Below are positions 20,502-29,298 of a stretch of 29,298 nucleotides of DNA, one piece after another (position 1 is the first letter of the stretch; every line of letters starts with the position of its first letter). Made by a program: the position numbers and the translations under genes. The stretch is from Candidatus Moanibacter sp. Lineage in GTDB: Bacteria > Verrucomicrobiota > Verrucomicrobiia > Opitutales > UBA2987. The DNA lies in assembly GCA_965215885.1 (NCBI GenBank), contig CBDCEW010000070.1:1-29298 (forward strand), given 5' to 3'. The notes below the pieces were generated by a model. The model made no database searches, was not told the origin of the DNA, and saw only the letters and a program-made list of their open reading frames with translations.

Positions 20502-21984
20502 GCCTCGTCAGCAGAATCTGTGGGTTATTTCGGGTTCAGGCAAGTCGCCCATGGTATGAAATAGGGCGATCTTAAGCACTTCGAAGCTCTTAAAGCCGTA
20601 TGCTTTTCTGATAGTGAGATTTATATTGCGGTTAAAGCCCTCCACAATGCCGCAGGAAAAGGCCTTTTTGGCCCGAAACCAGTTGAGGATGAGCGGCTCG
20701 TGTTTGCGCACCGAGCGCACGAACCTTTTGATCGGTTTGAGGCGCGAACGCATGGCGCGCGTGCACCATTTTTTCAGATACCATTGGGCCCAGTAGGGAC
20801 TTTTATAATGCCACAAGAGCTGAAAGCTCTCCTTTAGTAGATAGGCCCGCACGCTCTTCAGATCGTATTGGAGCACCTCCTTGAGGCGGATCTGTTGGGT
20901 GGGGGTGAGATTTTGCGGATTTTTGAAGAAACAGTATTTGCTTTTGACCAGCACGTTGATGTAGCCGTCCCGTTGCAATCGCCTGGCTTCCGCAGCACGA
21001 ATCTCATTGAGGGCCTTGTTCAGGTTGGCTACCAAGTGGAAGCGATCGAGGATGTGCAGCGCCTGGGGTGCCTTTTTCTTGATCACTTTGAGGTAAGGCT
21101 TCCACAGATCCGAGCAGACGTAGAGGATCTGGCTGCTCTTTTGCGCTCCCAATTCCCAGAAAAAACGCAAGAGCGATTTTACGTTGCGCTTATTGAATAC
21201 GCCCAATAGCCGCCGCCGCCCCTCGTCAAGCTGGTAGACCACGGTGAGATAGTGATGGCCTCGATGATACTGCACCTCATCGACTCCGATCGCCTCAATC
21301 CCGCTCATATCGCGCCGTTTGAGCCCCCAACGCACCATCGCCTCGACCGACTCGAAGACGTTGCGCCAGTTCGTGCGAAAAACCCTTGCCGTCTCTTCCC
21401 AGCTCAAGCGCCTCGCCCACTGGGCCAGAAACCATTGCATTGGCCAACTCAGATGACTCTTGCCCTTGGCCCAGGGCACCTCTTCGACCTTCACCCCGCA
21501 CCGCCGGCAATTGACCCGCCGCATGCGGTAACGAAAATACACCTTCATCCCCCACAAGGGCACAAATTCAAAATGCCTCGCCTCGCTCATGTGGTCGTAG
21601 CCGCTGGCCGTCCGGCCACACCCCGAACAGCACACCCGACTATTCTTGCGCGGCTCAATCTGCACCACAATCGCCTCCACCGATTTCACCATTTCCATAC
21701 TCGCCTTTGCGTAAACAAAGCTCTTGAGCCAATAGCACCGATTCAGTAGCGTTTTGATGAGCACTGGGTCCTCCGTGTTCAGGATGTATTTTCGGTACTA
21801 CTTTCATCCTCGGAACGGCCCGGTGCTTCAACCTTTCAATCCCATATGCAAAGAAAACACCGACCAGCCCCTCCGGCTGTGGAGGAGCGGGATTCAGGGC
21901 AGCGCCCTGACTTCTCCTTGTGCTCACCGACTCTATTTCCTCTTGTAAGCGACGTTACCCACCCACAGATTCTGCTGTAGACCC
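20502..21984 (-). mobile_element. ISL3-family insertion sequence (1483 bp)
   Basis: 24-bp IRs GCCTCGTCAGCAGAATCTGTGGGT (20502-20525) and the reverse complement of 21961-21984, GGGTCTACAGCAGAATCTGTGGGT (20/24). Flanks TAATTTTA and TTTATTTA are AT-rich but not a duplication. Confidence 0.93.
20508..21764 (-). CDS. ISL3 transposase
   Basis: Zn finger CSGC..RRVNCRRCG, IGVDE, VCSDLWKPY, LDRFHLV, GIVEGFNRNI..IRKAYGFK. GTG start with GGAGG SD. Confidence 0.96.
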   Translation of the reverse strand: MLIKTLLNRCYWLKSFVYAKASMEMVKSVEAIVVQIEPRKNSRVCCSGCGRTASGYDHMSEARHFEFVPLWGMKVYFRYRMRRVNCRRCGVKVEEVPWAKGKSHLSWPMQWFLAQWARRLSWEETARVFRTNWRNVFESVEAMVRWGLKRRDMSGIEAIGVDEVQYHRGHHYLTVVYQLDEGRRRLLGVFNKRNVKSLLRFFWELGAQKSSQILYVCSDLWKPYLKVIKKKAPQALHILDRFHLVANLNKALNEIRAAEARRLQRDGYINVLVKSKYCFFKNPQNLTPTQQIRLKEVLQYDLKSVRAYLLKESFQLLWHYKSPYWAQWYLKKWCTRAMRSRLKPIKRFVRSVRKHEPLILNWFRAKKAFSCGIVEGFNRNINLTIRKAYGFKSFEVLKIALFHTMGDLPEPEITHRFC

Positions 21985-23798
21985 TTTATTTACTCTTTTT
22001 CCAGGCGGTAATCCTCAAGCTGCCGGTCGTTTTTGCGACAATGATCAGCGCCGGCTTCGCCATCGTTGTGCTCGGGCTTATGTTCTTTATCGAGGGCCTG
22101 CGCCTGGGGCTGATGCCATTCGGTGAAACGATTGGTGCCATTCTTCCCCGCAATTGTAAAATGTCCGTCATTCTCCTATTCTCCTTCCTGCTTGGGATTG
22201 GAGCTACCTTCGCGGAGCCTGCCATCGCGGTTCTCAAGGCGGCGGGAGCCAGAGTGAAGCCCGATCAGGCGCCATTGCTCTATAGCCTCTTGAATGATTT
22301 TTCGACACAGCTGGTGTGGGTCGTGGGAATCGGTGTGGGCATTGCAGTGGGACTGGGAGTACTTCGGTTTTTCTATGGTTGGTCGCTTAAGGCATTTATT
22401 GTTCCTTGTGTACTCATCCTATCAGGGATGACATTGTTCGCGCATCACAATGAGGTACTGGCACCAATCATTGCCCTGGCATGGGACTGCGGCGCGGTTA
22501 CGACGGGGCCGGTAACGGTTCCACTGGTCCTTGCGCTGGGTATAGGCGTATGCCGAATTGTGGGCAACGCTGATACCAGCAATGCGGGATTTGGGATCGT
22601 TACATTGGCGTCGCTTTTTCCCATCATGGCGGTCCTGTTGCTGGGCATGTTTCATTTCAGCAGAGGTGATTATTACGGAGCGCCCAATTACAAAGGGAAA
22701 CCTACTCAAGTGGTCGAAGCGCCCACGAAAACGCCTCAGGACTCTTCGCCCATATCTCTACCGGAACCTGCGGCAAAGGAAGCGAAGTCGATGGGATTCA
22801 GCAAGGCCGAATTTGAACACTTTCAGGAGACAGGCGAACTGCCCGACGGGCGCCGCCTCGTCGTCGAAGGCGGCACCTATGTCTTTAAGGATGGCCGCAT
22901 TATCCAAAAGGGCGCATCGGTGATTATTGAAAAAACGGATGACATGATCGAAGTGCATGGAAAAGTAGAGAATTGGGACCCGCAAATGCACTTGTTGAAC
23001 CAATTGAAGGAATCGCTATATGCCGCCTCTCGGGCCATTATACCTCTTTGTCTTTTTCTTTTGGGGACCCTCACCATCATCCTCCGAGAGAAGGTAACAC
23101 AGGGAGATGAAATCCTGGTCGGCATTGCCTTTACTGTGTTGGGGATGACCCTCTTTGGCTTGGGCATCACACTGGGCCTCACACCCCTGGGAAGCCAGGT
23201 GGGCGGAAACATACCTGCAACTTTCGCCACCATTACTCCCTGGGGATTGGAAGGAACGCAAGGTCCGCTATACGGTACCGGGTTCGGTGGTAAGATGGTT
23301 GCGGTTATCTTTGCGTTCTTTCTCGGTTATGGAGCCACCTTGGCCGAACCGGCCCTGAACGCGCTTGGCGGAACCGTTGAGAAGATCACCGTAGGGTCCT
23401 TTAAGAAGAGCCTGCTCATGCAGTCGGTTGCCATAGGGGTAGGCTTTGGGATCGCGGCCGGGGTCCTGAAGATCGCCTACAATCTGCCCCTCGCCTGGCT
23501 TTTGCAGCCTCCCTACCTGGCTTTGCTTATTCTTACGCTGATATCCTCCGAGGATTTCGTTAATTTTGGCTGGGATAGCGCGGGGGTGACGACCGGTCCG
23601 ATTACCGTGCCTCTGGTGCTTGCCATGGGGTTGGGTATCGGCGGCAAGATACCGGGAGTCATCGATGGCTTTGGTGTGCTCGCGCTGGCATCGGTGGGGC
23701 CGATCATTACGGTGCTCTCGGTCGGTTTGATGGTGCGTCGGGCAGCTCGGCGGCAGGCACAGGGAGAATCGGTCGAGGAGGAAACGGCTTATGCATGA
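21985..23798 (+). CDS. DUF1538 family membrane protein, two fused domains; 5' end clipped by ISL3 (possible restart at ATG 22041)
   Basis: Duplicated signatures ATFAEPA / ATLAEPA and WDCGAVTTGPVTVPLVLALG / WDSAGVTTGPITVPLVLAMG. The frame is open back to the IS end (YLLFFQAVILKLPV) with no native start or SD. Confidence 0.88.
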
Positions 23799-24963
23799 TT
23801 TTCGGGAAGCGTCGGGATACTTCATTGTCAGCGCCATACTGCCGCGGCACACCAGTGCGGATGTGATTAAGAATGCGCTTCTCAGCGAGGGGTTTAACGC
23901 GCTCTCAATCAGTGCGCGAGGGACGCTCCTTAAGGATCGCTGGTACCAGTCGTTTCTGCCGGTATTTAATCCGGAACAGGTGGTTGTCGAAGTCGTAGTG
24001 CCCGATGAGGCGGTCAATGGTATAATGGAAAAGATCGTCAGCGCGGGAAAACTCAGCCTTTCGGGGGCTGGCGCAATCTACAGCGTACGCTGCCTCAACG
24101 TCATGGTTTCAGAGCAGTATCCGCTTAGTACCTTGGATTCGGTAAGTAAGGATGGCAGAAAAACAATCATCAAAGTGAAGGAAAATCTGGTGGGGATATT
24201 CTGCATTGCGCAATCGGAAGATGCCGACGCCATTTGCCGGGCCGCCGTGCAGACAGGCTCTCCGGGCCCCACCGTATATTACTGCGAGGGCCGCGGCCTG
24301 CGTGACCAGCTGCTTCTTCTACGGATAACTAAGACAGCTGAGAAGGAACTGATCCAGGTTGTCGTTGATCGCGTCGATGCCGATCCTGTCTTCGATGCTA
24401 TCGCTGAGGCGGGCCATCTCACTGAGCCCGGCCGCGGCCTCGTTTACCGCGTGCCCATTGAGAAGGGTCTTATCAACGTCGCCAGCGTCTATGGCCCCAC
24501 CAAACATTCCGCCAGTATCCAACAAATCATCTCTGCCATTGACGATTTGAGCGGAAACAGCGAGTGGCGCGCCCAAGCGGTCATCGAGACCGAACGCAAG
24601 TCGGGAACGCGCTCGGCATTTCCTTTTCGTGCCCAGTGGCGGCCCAACCGATACCTGGAAGGTATGGAAATGTTGACCTGCATCGCCTCTTGTAAGCATA
24701 CGGCTGTATTGACGGACCGCGCTTTGTCGGCGGGAGCGCCTGCCGCGAGTGTTGCCTTCGGAAGATTCTTCGAAGCGAACGCTGAGACTACGATGACGGG
24801 AGCGCGTCTCAACCGTGAGCGCGGGTTGATCAAGATGATTCTTCCCCCCTCGAGTTGTGTTGAGATCCGCGATCGCCTGCAGGAGGCGGCCGATGAACTT
24901 GATATCAGGGATATTGGATTTTTTACCTATTCGGTGCCCAAGGCGCTGACTTACCTGGGTTGA
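23791..24963 (+). CDS. Protein with three tandem PII(GlnB)-like domains
   Basis: Three ~100-aa units with PII-like pattern: SARGT..PEQVVVEVVVP..GAGAIYSV; GPTVYYCEGRG..EKELIQVVVD..PGRGLVYRVPI; AGAPAASVAFGR..ERGLIKMILP. Overlaps the DUF1538 stop (ATGCATGA). Confidence 0.78.
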   Translation: MHDFREASGYFIVSAILPRHTSADVIKNALLSEGFNALSISARGTLLKDRWYQSFLPVFNPEQVVVEVVVPDEAVNGIMEKIVSAGKLSLSGAGAIYSVRCLNVMVSEQYPLSTLDSVSKDGRKTIIKVKENLVGIFCIAQSEDADAICRAAVQTGSPGPTVYYCEGRGLRDQLLLLRITKTAEKELIQVVVDRVDADPVFDAIAEAGHLTEPGRGLVYRVPIEKGLINVASVYGPTKHSASIQQIISAIDDLSGNSEWRAQAVIETERKSGTRSAFPFRAQWRPNRYLEGMEMLTCIASCKHTAVLTDRALSAGAPAASVAFGRFFEANAETTMTGARLNRERGLIKMILPPSSCVEIRDRLQEAADELDIRDIGFFTYSVPKALTYLG

Positions 24964-25021
24964 ATCGTGCTTTCCCCCCCCAGTGGTAAGAGGATAACAA
25001 GCGATTCGGTTTGTTCGTCGA

Positions 25022-25140
25022 TGAAATTGAAGGTCGGCCATGCGGGGATGGCCTCCTACAGGGTTCGTAAATTTGTAGGAGGCGCACACCGTGGCCGCTG
25101 AAATCGAAGATCGGCCATGCGGGAATGGCCTCCTACAGGG
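25022..25140. repeat. GTAG-class REP cluster (BIME-like, three units)
   Basis: 42-bp direct repeats at 25022-25063 and 25099-25140 (3 mismatches), reading GTAGGAGGCCAT-N-ATGGCCGA on the minus strand. An inverted degenerate unit TGTAGGAGGCGC..TGGCCG lies at ~25074-25097. Confidence 0.85.
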
Positions 25141-25158
25141 GCCGTGGAGGCGTATACC

Positions 25159-25692
25159 ATGAATGTTAAAACGAAGATGAAAAAGATCATTTGGGCGGGA
25201 GTTACGCTCATCGCCCTTTGTCAGTTCCTACTGGCAGAGAACCGGGTGCCGGATGTCAGGAGCGGTTCGCCAGGAGCCGTGGTCATTGAAGAGGATATTG
25301 TAGATAGAGCCAGACGGTACTATGAGAAGGCCAAAGAGAAGCTTAACGAATACGACCATGACCGGACAGTGGAGGAGATGCGCAAGCTTTACGAAGAAGC
25401 GAAGGAAAGGGGAGAAGAAGTGCCCCAGGATATATACGAATGGGCAAAGGAAGATATACGGCGAATGGACACCTGGGAATATACCATCCTGAAGCTGAAT
25501 CCGGCGGAACTCGAAGAGCAGGTGGAAGCGATGAACGCCCTCGGAAAGGAGCGGTGGGAGTGTGTTGACACTGTCCGAATAGGGGACGAAATCGTGGCGA
25601 TCTTCAAGCGTCCGGTGCGGAGCTACCTTCGCCACGTTCCCCTGCGGGAATTACTATGGCTACTCCCGGCAGGCGGGGAAGGGGGGAGTTGA
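25159..25692 (+). CDS. Secreted hypothetical protein with C-terminal DUF4177-like motif
   Basis: GGAGG SD before ATG 25159; signal peptide MKKIIWAGVTLIALCQFLLA; charged helical middle; WEYTIL..MNALGKERWECV..FKRP. Confidence 0.72.
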   Translation: MNVKTKMKKIIWAGVTLIALCQFLLAENRVPDVRSGSPGAVVIEEDIVDRARRYYEKAKEKLNEYDHDRTVEEMRKLYEEAKERGEEVPQDIYEWAKEDIRRMDTWEYTILKLNPAELEEQVEAMNALGKERWECVDTVRIGDEIVAIFKRPVRSYLRHVPLRELLWLLPAGGEGGS

Positions 25693-25693
25693 A

Positions 25694-25743
25694 GAGTGGC
25701 GGAGTTCAAGGGTTACTTTTCAACTATTCGCACTCTGCCACTC
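25694..25743. terminator. Hairpin between convergent genes
   Basis: GAGTGGCGGAGT (25694-25705) pairs with ACTCTGCCACTC (25732-25743), with one G-U pair and a long loop. Confidence 0.45.
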
Positions 25744-25757
25744 CTCGCACTCCTCTT

Positions 25758-27281
25758 CTACGGCGCTCGCAGGTCGTTGGCGTGAAGGACCCATAGATCG
25801 GCGATCTCGCCCTTTTCGGCGTGCCGTTTCTGGTTAATGAGATTTCCATCGCTGTCGTAGATCCGAATCTCCATTCTACGGTCCCCTCTGGGGCCTTTGA
25901 AGTCGAGAGTGGCGAAATTCCTTTGCAGGATGACATCGGATTCCGAGTCCGGAAAAGTGTCCACACGGTAGGAGTTCGCACTCTTTCGAGTGTAGATTCC
26001 GGAGGTGAGTGGAGAAATGGTGAGGTCGTGGAAGACATATTCGGCTCCCTCTTTCCCCGCCCGTCCTGGGATACCAGGCTCACCTCTTCCGATGCGGAGT
26101 TCCCTGCTGAACTCTGTATAGTGCACGTCGCCCGTGAGGAAGATGACGCCGTCAATACCGGCGTGCATGAGGCGATCGATCATGTACTGCCACTCCTTAC
26201 GATAACTGCGATAGCCGTCGGGATTTCCGCTATCGCTGAGGACCTGATTTCCCGTCAGGACAATGTTGAAAGAGGCTGGGTAAGCGAACCCATCCTGGCC
26301 CTGTTGGTATTTCATGGTGTTAACCAGCCAATCCACCTGTTTTTTTCCGTGGTGGTCCTTTGGAATACCAAACGGCTCTGGGTCTCCGACGGCCGCGATG
26401 CGGTAGTAACGATTGTCGAGGAGATAAAAATTGACATCACTCCAATTGAAAAAAGTCATTATCCCGGGCATATCGGGTGAACTATAGGAAGGATTTCCCC
26501 AATAGAGTTTAAACGCTGCCAGGGTTGCATCTTTGTTCCAAAAATCATATCCGGAATCGTTGGGGCCATAGTCGTGGTCATCCCAAATTGCGAGGTGGTG
26601 GGCGGAAGCGAAAAGAGGTCGCAGTTGGGGGAGGGAACGAAAGTGATCGTAACGGTGGTGAATGCCGCTACGGGTGCTCCAATCGGCTTCCCGCATATAG
26701 ACGTTATCGCCAAGCCAGAGCATGAAATCGGGTTTCTTTTCGTAGATCGACTCAAATATCTGATAATCGCCGCCGTAGGGATCGCCATCTTCCCAGTTGT
26801 AACCTTCCTCGTTCAGGTAAGCACAACTTCCAGCGGCGACGCGAAAATCGGGAGGGCTGAATTCGGCGGCCTTTGTATGGCGCCAGCGCGGTTGGGTCTG
26901 GAATGCAAGGGGAATCGGGCCTTTTTCCTCATAGCCCTTTCGAAATTCGGGAGCAGCCTCTTTACCGTCGATCAGAACAGCGTAGGTGTATCTCCGGCTC
27001 CATAGCACTTCATCGGCTATGCAGTGTGCGACGAAAGCCGTCTCTTTCATGGTCATCACAGGTTCGGTCAGTTTCGCTGTTTCGGGCTTCTCCTCCTCCC
27101 AATATCTGATCTGCACCGAGGCGGGCCCATCTGTCTGTACCCAGATAAAAACCTCTTTCATGGTACTGTACCCGGGCATGGGACCCGATTTCAATCCCAC
27201 GCCAGAAACAGGAGACAGGAAGAGGAGTAAACCAATGCACACGCCAGAGTGAGCGAGCATTTCCCTACTCGAATGACCCAT
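25758..27281 (-). CDS. phoD: Alkaline phosphatase D family metallophosphoesterase
   Basis: SGPM, GSCAY, WLGDNVY, IWDDHDYGPND, LLDNRYYR, FLTGDVH, SPLTS. Signal peptide. Start at ATG 27281 or 27260 rather than 27413. Confidence 0.9.
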   Translation of the reverse strand: MGHSSREMLAHSGVCIGLLLFLSPVSGVGLKSGPMPGYSTMKEVFIWVQTDGPASVQIRYWEEEKPETAKLTEPVMTMKETAFVAHCIADEVLWSRRYTYAVLIDGKEAAPEFRKGYEEKGPIPLAFQTQPRWRHTKAAEFSPPDFRVAAGSCAYLNEEGYNWEDGDPYGGDYQIFESIYEKKPDFMLWLGDNVYMREADWSTRSGIHHRYDHFRSLPQLRPLFASAHHLAIWDDHDYGPNDSGYDFWNKDATLAAFKLYWGNPSYSSPDMPGIMTFFNWSDVNFYLLDNRYYRIAAVGDPEPFGIPKDHHGKKQVDWLVNTMKYQQGQDGFAYPASFNIVLTGNQVLSDSGNPDGYRSYRKEWQYMIDRLMHAGIDGVIFLTGDVHYTEFSRELRIGRGEPGIPGRAGKEGAEYVFHDLTISPLTSGIYTRKSANSYRVDTFPDSESDVILQRNFATLDFKGPRGDRRMEIRIYDSDGNLINQKRHAEKGEIADLWVLHANDLRAP

Positions 27282-27339
27282 TTTTTTCGTCACATTCGGT
27301 CCAAATGCGTAGATCGAATAACGGCAGACGTTCTTTGCG

Positions 27340-28149
27340 TCAATCGTCGTCTTCGACGGGCATTCTGAGGAGCCCGGTAAAGGTTTGTTGGCGGGGATCA
27401 TCTGTGTCGTCAAGACCGTAAGAGATCTGGAGGAGTTCGGTGCGAAGGCGGAATGAGCCGAAGATTCGATCCCAAAGAGAGAGGAGGGCAGTGTAGTTGG
27501 AATTTGTTTCCGGGGGGTAGCGGGAATGGTGCACTTTGTGCATCGCTGGACTCGTCAGAAAAATCCGCAGCAGTCGGTCAACCTTCTCGGAGATTCCGAT
27601 ATTTGCATGGTGAATCTGAGTATTCGCAAACATGATGGTCTCAAAGAGGGCGAGTTCTCCAAGAGTGGCGCCGGCCAGAAGGAGAACAGGCAGCCTTAGT
27701 AGGGAGGACAATACGATCTCTCCTACGTGAAACCGGTTCGCCGTTGTAGCATCCATCTTTGGGTCTGAATGGTGCACCTTGTGGAAGCGCCATAAGAAGG
27801 AAATTTCATGGTTGAAGCGGTGCCACCAGTAGGTCCAGAGATCGAGGAGAGTCATGGCGCCGAGAAGGTGCAACCAGGAGGGTAGGGGAAAGAGGTTAAG
27901 CAGGCCCCACCCATTGTCGTTTGTCCAGTGCGTGAGGGAGGCCCAAAGAACGATAAAAATTGCCGCTACCACGACGGTATTTATGAGGCCTAACGAAATA
28001 TTCCTCAAGAGATGCCTTGCCCGATCTCGATGTTTGGCACGAAAAAATCCGAAAAATGGAGTCGCGCTTTCCCAGCAAAGCAGGGCAAAGAGCAATCCCA
28101 GGGCGAGCGGCTGTCGCCATCCCGATATAGCCTCATAAAGGGCGTCCAT
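27340..28149 (-). CDS. Sterol desaturase / fatty-acid hydroxylase family membrane di-iron enzyme
   Basis: His boxes YWWHRFNH, WRFHKVHHSD, RFH, IHHAN, HKVHHS; NSNY..WDRIFGS. Confidence 0.93.
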   Translation of the reverse strand: MDALYEAISGWRQPLALGLLFALLCWESATPFFGFFRAKHRDRARHLLRNISLGLINTVVVAAIFIVLWASLTHWTNDNGWGLLNLFPLPSWLHLLGAMTLLDLWTYWWHRFNHEISFLWRFHKVHHSDPKMDATTANRFHVGEIVLSSLLRLPVLLLAGATLGELALFETIMFANTQIHHANIGISEKVDRLLRIFLTSPAMHKVHHSRYPPETNSNYTALLSLWDRIFGSFRLRTELLQISYGLDDTDDPRQQTFTGLLRMPVEDDD

Positions 28150-28355
28150 ACTCTTGGAAACTCCTTAATGAATACCAACTTTGTGCAGAAAGTAAACTTC
28201 CGGATTTTCGATCTGAATTGCAATATTGGCGGCAATCTGATAGTTAAAATCGAACAAAATTGAGGAATATTTGTATTATTCTATAAGGCGTGGATTCAAC
28301 TTTTTGGATGCCACGCCGTTCGGTTCTTATAGAGAAAAATAAAAGCGTCCGGCCA

Positions 28356-29298
28356 ATGAGTGATTCCGCGAAAACGATACCTGCTCCCAAAATCAGAAAT
28401 ACGCTTGAGGGTCTTAAGACGAATATCGGGCGTGTCATTAAGGGGAAAGACGATGTTATCGATCAGGTGCTGATCTGCATGGTCGCCGCCGGGCACCTGC
28501 TGATCGAGGATTTACCAGGTTTGGGAAAGACAACCCTGGCATATTGTTTGGCAAGGTCCATCGACTGCTCCTTTTCACGAATTCAGTTTACGAGCGATCT
28601 GCTTCCCAGCGATGTTATTGGAGTCTCGGTCTACGATGAGCAGATCAAGGAGTTTGTATTCAAGCGAGGGCCGATTTTTTCAAACATTCTCCTGGCGGAC
28701 GAGATTAACAGAACGACTCCCAAGACACAGTCCGCCCTGCTTGAGGTGATGGATCGCGCCAAAGTTTCCGTGGACGGTCAGACCTACGCCGTGGGATCGC
28801 CTTTTATGGTTTTCGCGACTCAGAATCCGGTCGATTACGAAGGGACTTTTCCATTGCCGGAAAGTCAGATGGATCGCTTCCTCATGCGTTTGGAGATGGG
28901 CTATCCGGAGTACGGAAAAGAGCTCGAGATCCTGGAGACGGGAACATTGCGCTATGACAGCATTCGACCCGATCCGGTTGTGACACGAAACGAAATACAG
29001 GAGATTCAGCAATTGGCGACACAGGTATACGTGGAACAGAGTCTTCTGAATTACATACTTAAGATTGTCACAGCCACTCGAGAGGAAGGTGAATTTCGTG
29101 CCGGTGTAAGCACGCGGGGAAGCCTCTCGTTGAAACTTGCAGCACAGGCCGCCGCTTTGGCCAGTGGGCGCAACTTTGTCATTCCCGAAGACATCCTGAA
29201 AGTCGTCCTGCCGGTATTTACACACCGCCTCGGATTGCGCCGGCAAACGTCGGACAAATTGGAAGAGCGGCGGATTGCTGAGGGGTTCCTGAAGAGAA
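28356..29298 (+). CDS. moxR: MoxR-family AAA+ ATPase (3' end outside window; absent from the ORF track)
   Basis: Manual translation from ATG 28356: [88 protein letters not shown]. Confidence 0.95.
   Translation, partial: MSDSAKTIPAPKIRNTLEGLKTNIGRVIKGKDDVIDQVLICMVAAGHLLIEDLPGLGKTTLAYCLARSIDCSFSRIQFTSDLLPSDVIGVSVYDEQIKEFVFKRGPIFSNILLADEINRTTPKTQSALLEVMDRAKVSVDGQTYAVGSPFMVFATQNPVDYEGTFPLPESQMDRFLMRLEMGYPEYGKELEILETGTLRYDSIRPDPVVTRNEIQEIQQLATQVYVEQSLLNYILKIVTATREEGEFRAGVSTRGSLSLKLAAQAAALASGRNFVIPEDILKVVLPVFTHRLGLRRQTSDKLEERRIAEGFLKR

Noticed and set aside
23268..25089. Long minus-strand ORFs 23268..24017 and 24319..25089
   Set aside because: Antisense to well-supported genes, no motifs; expected in GC-rich coding DNA.
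25022..25140. CRISPR mini-array (42-bp repeats about 35 bp apart)
   Set aside because: Only two direct copies, the spacer is itself an inverted copy of the unit, and there are no cas genes. It fits a REP cluster.
27282..27413. Extended phoD start overlapping the desaturase gene
   Set aside because: It would bury the signal peptide and overlap the upstream gene by 74 bp. Starts at 27281 or 27260 fit better.
28680..29246. 188-aa minus-strand ORF
   Set aside because: Antisense to the clear MoxR frame, which the ORF track missed because it has no stop inside the window.

Overview
A 29.3 kb bacterial chromosomal window with heavy IS damage. In order: the 3' part of a ThDP-dependent acetolactate-synthase-like gene; a frameshifted aldehyde dehydrogenase; a flavin disulfide reductase split by a complete IS66 (8-bp target duplication TCTTCAAT); an ISNCY/IS5-like transposase; a decayed ISAs1 that removed the 5' end of a glutathione-reductase-like gene; a small membrane-protein gene between two 41-bp direct repeats; a membrane-anchored TolB-like/TPR gene; gdhA; an AAA_14/DUF4143 ATPase with an upstream palindrome; a decaying efflux operon (periplasmic-domain-TolC fusion with an in-frame TAG, truncated four-helix-bundle gene, adaptor cut by an ISL3, no RND pump); a fused double-DUF1538 membrane protein coupled to a protein with three tandem PII-like domains; a GTAG-type REP cluster; a secreted hypothetical; phoD; a sterol-desaturase-family gene; and a MoxR ATPase running off the end. 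About 7 of 17 non-IS genes are disrupted. The best candidates for poorly described systems are the DUF1538/triple-PII module, the ThDP enzyme plus ALDH pair, and the genes bracketed by short repeats. Family assignments come from motif recognition, not database searches.
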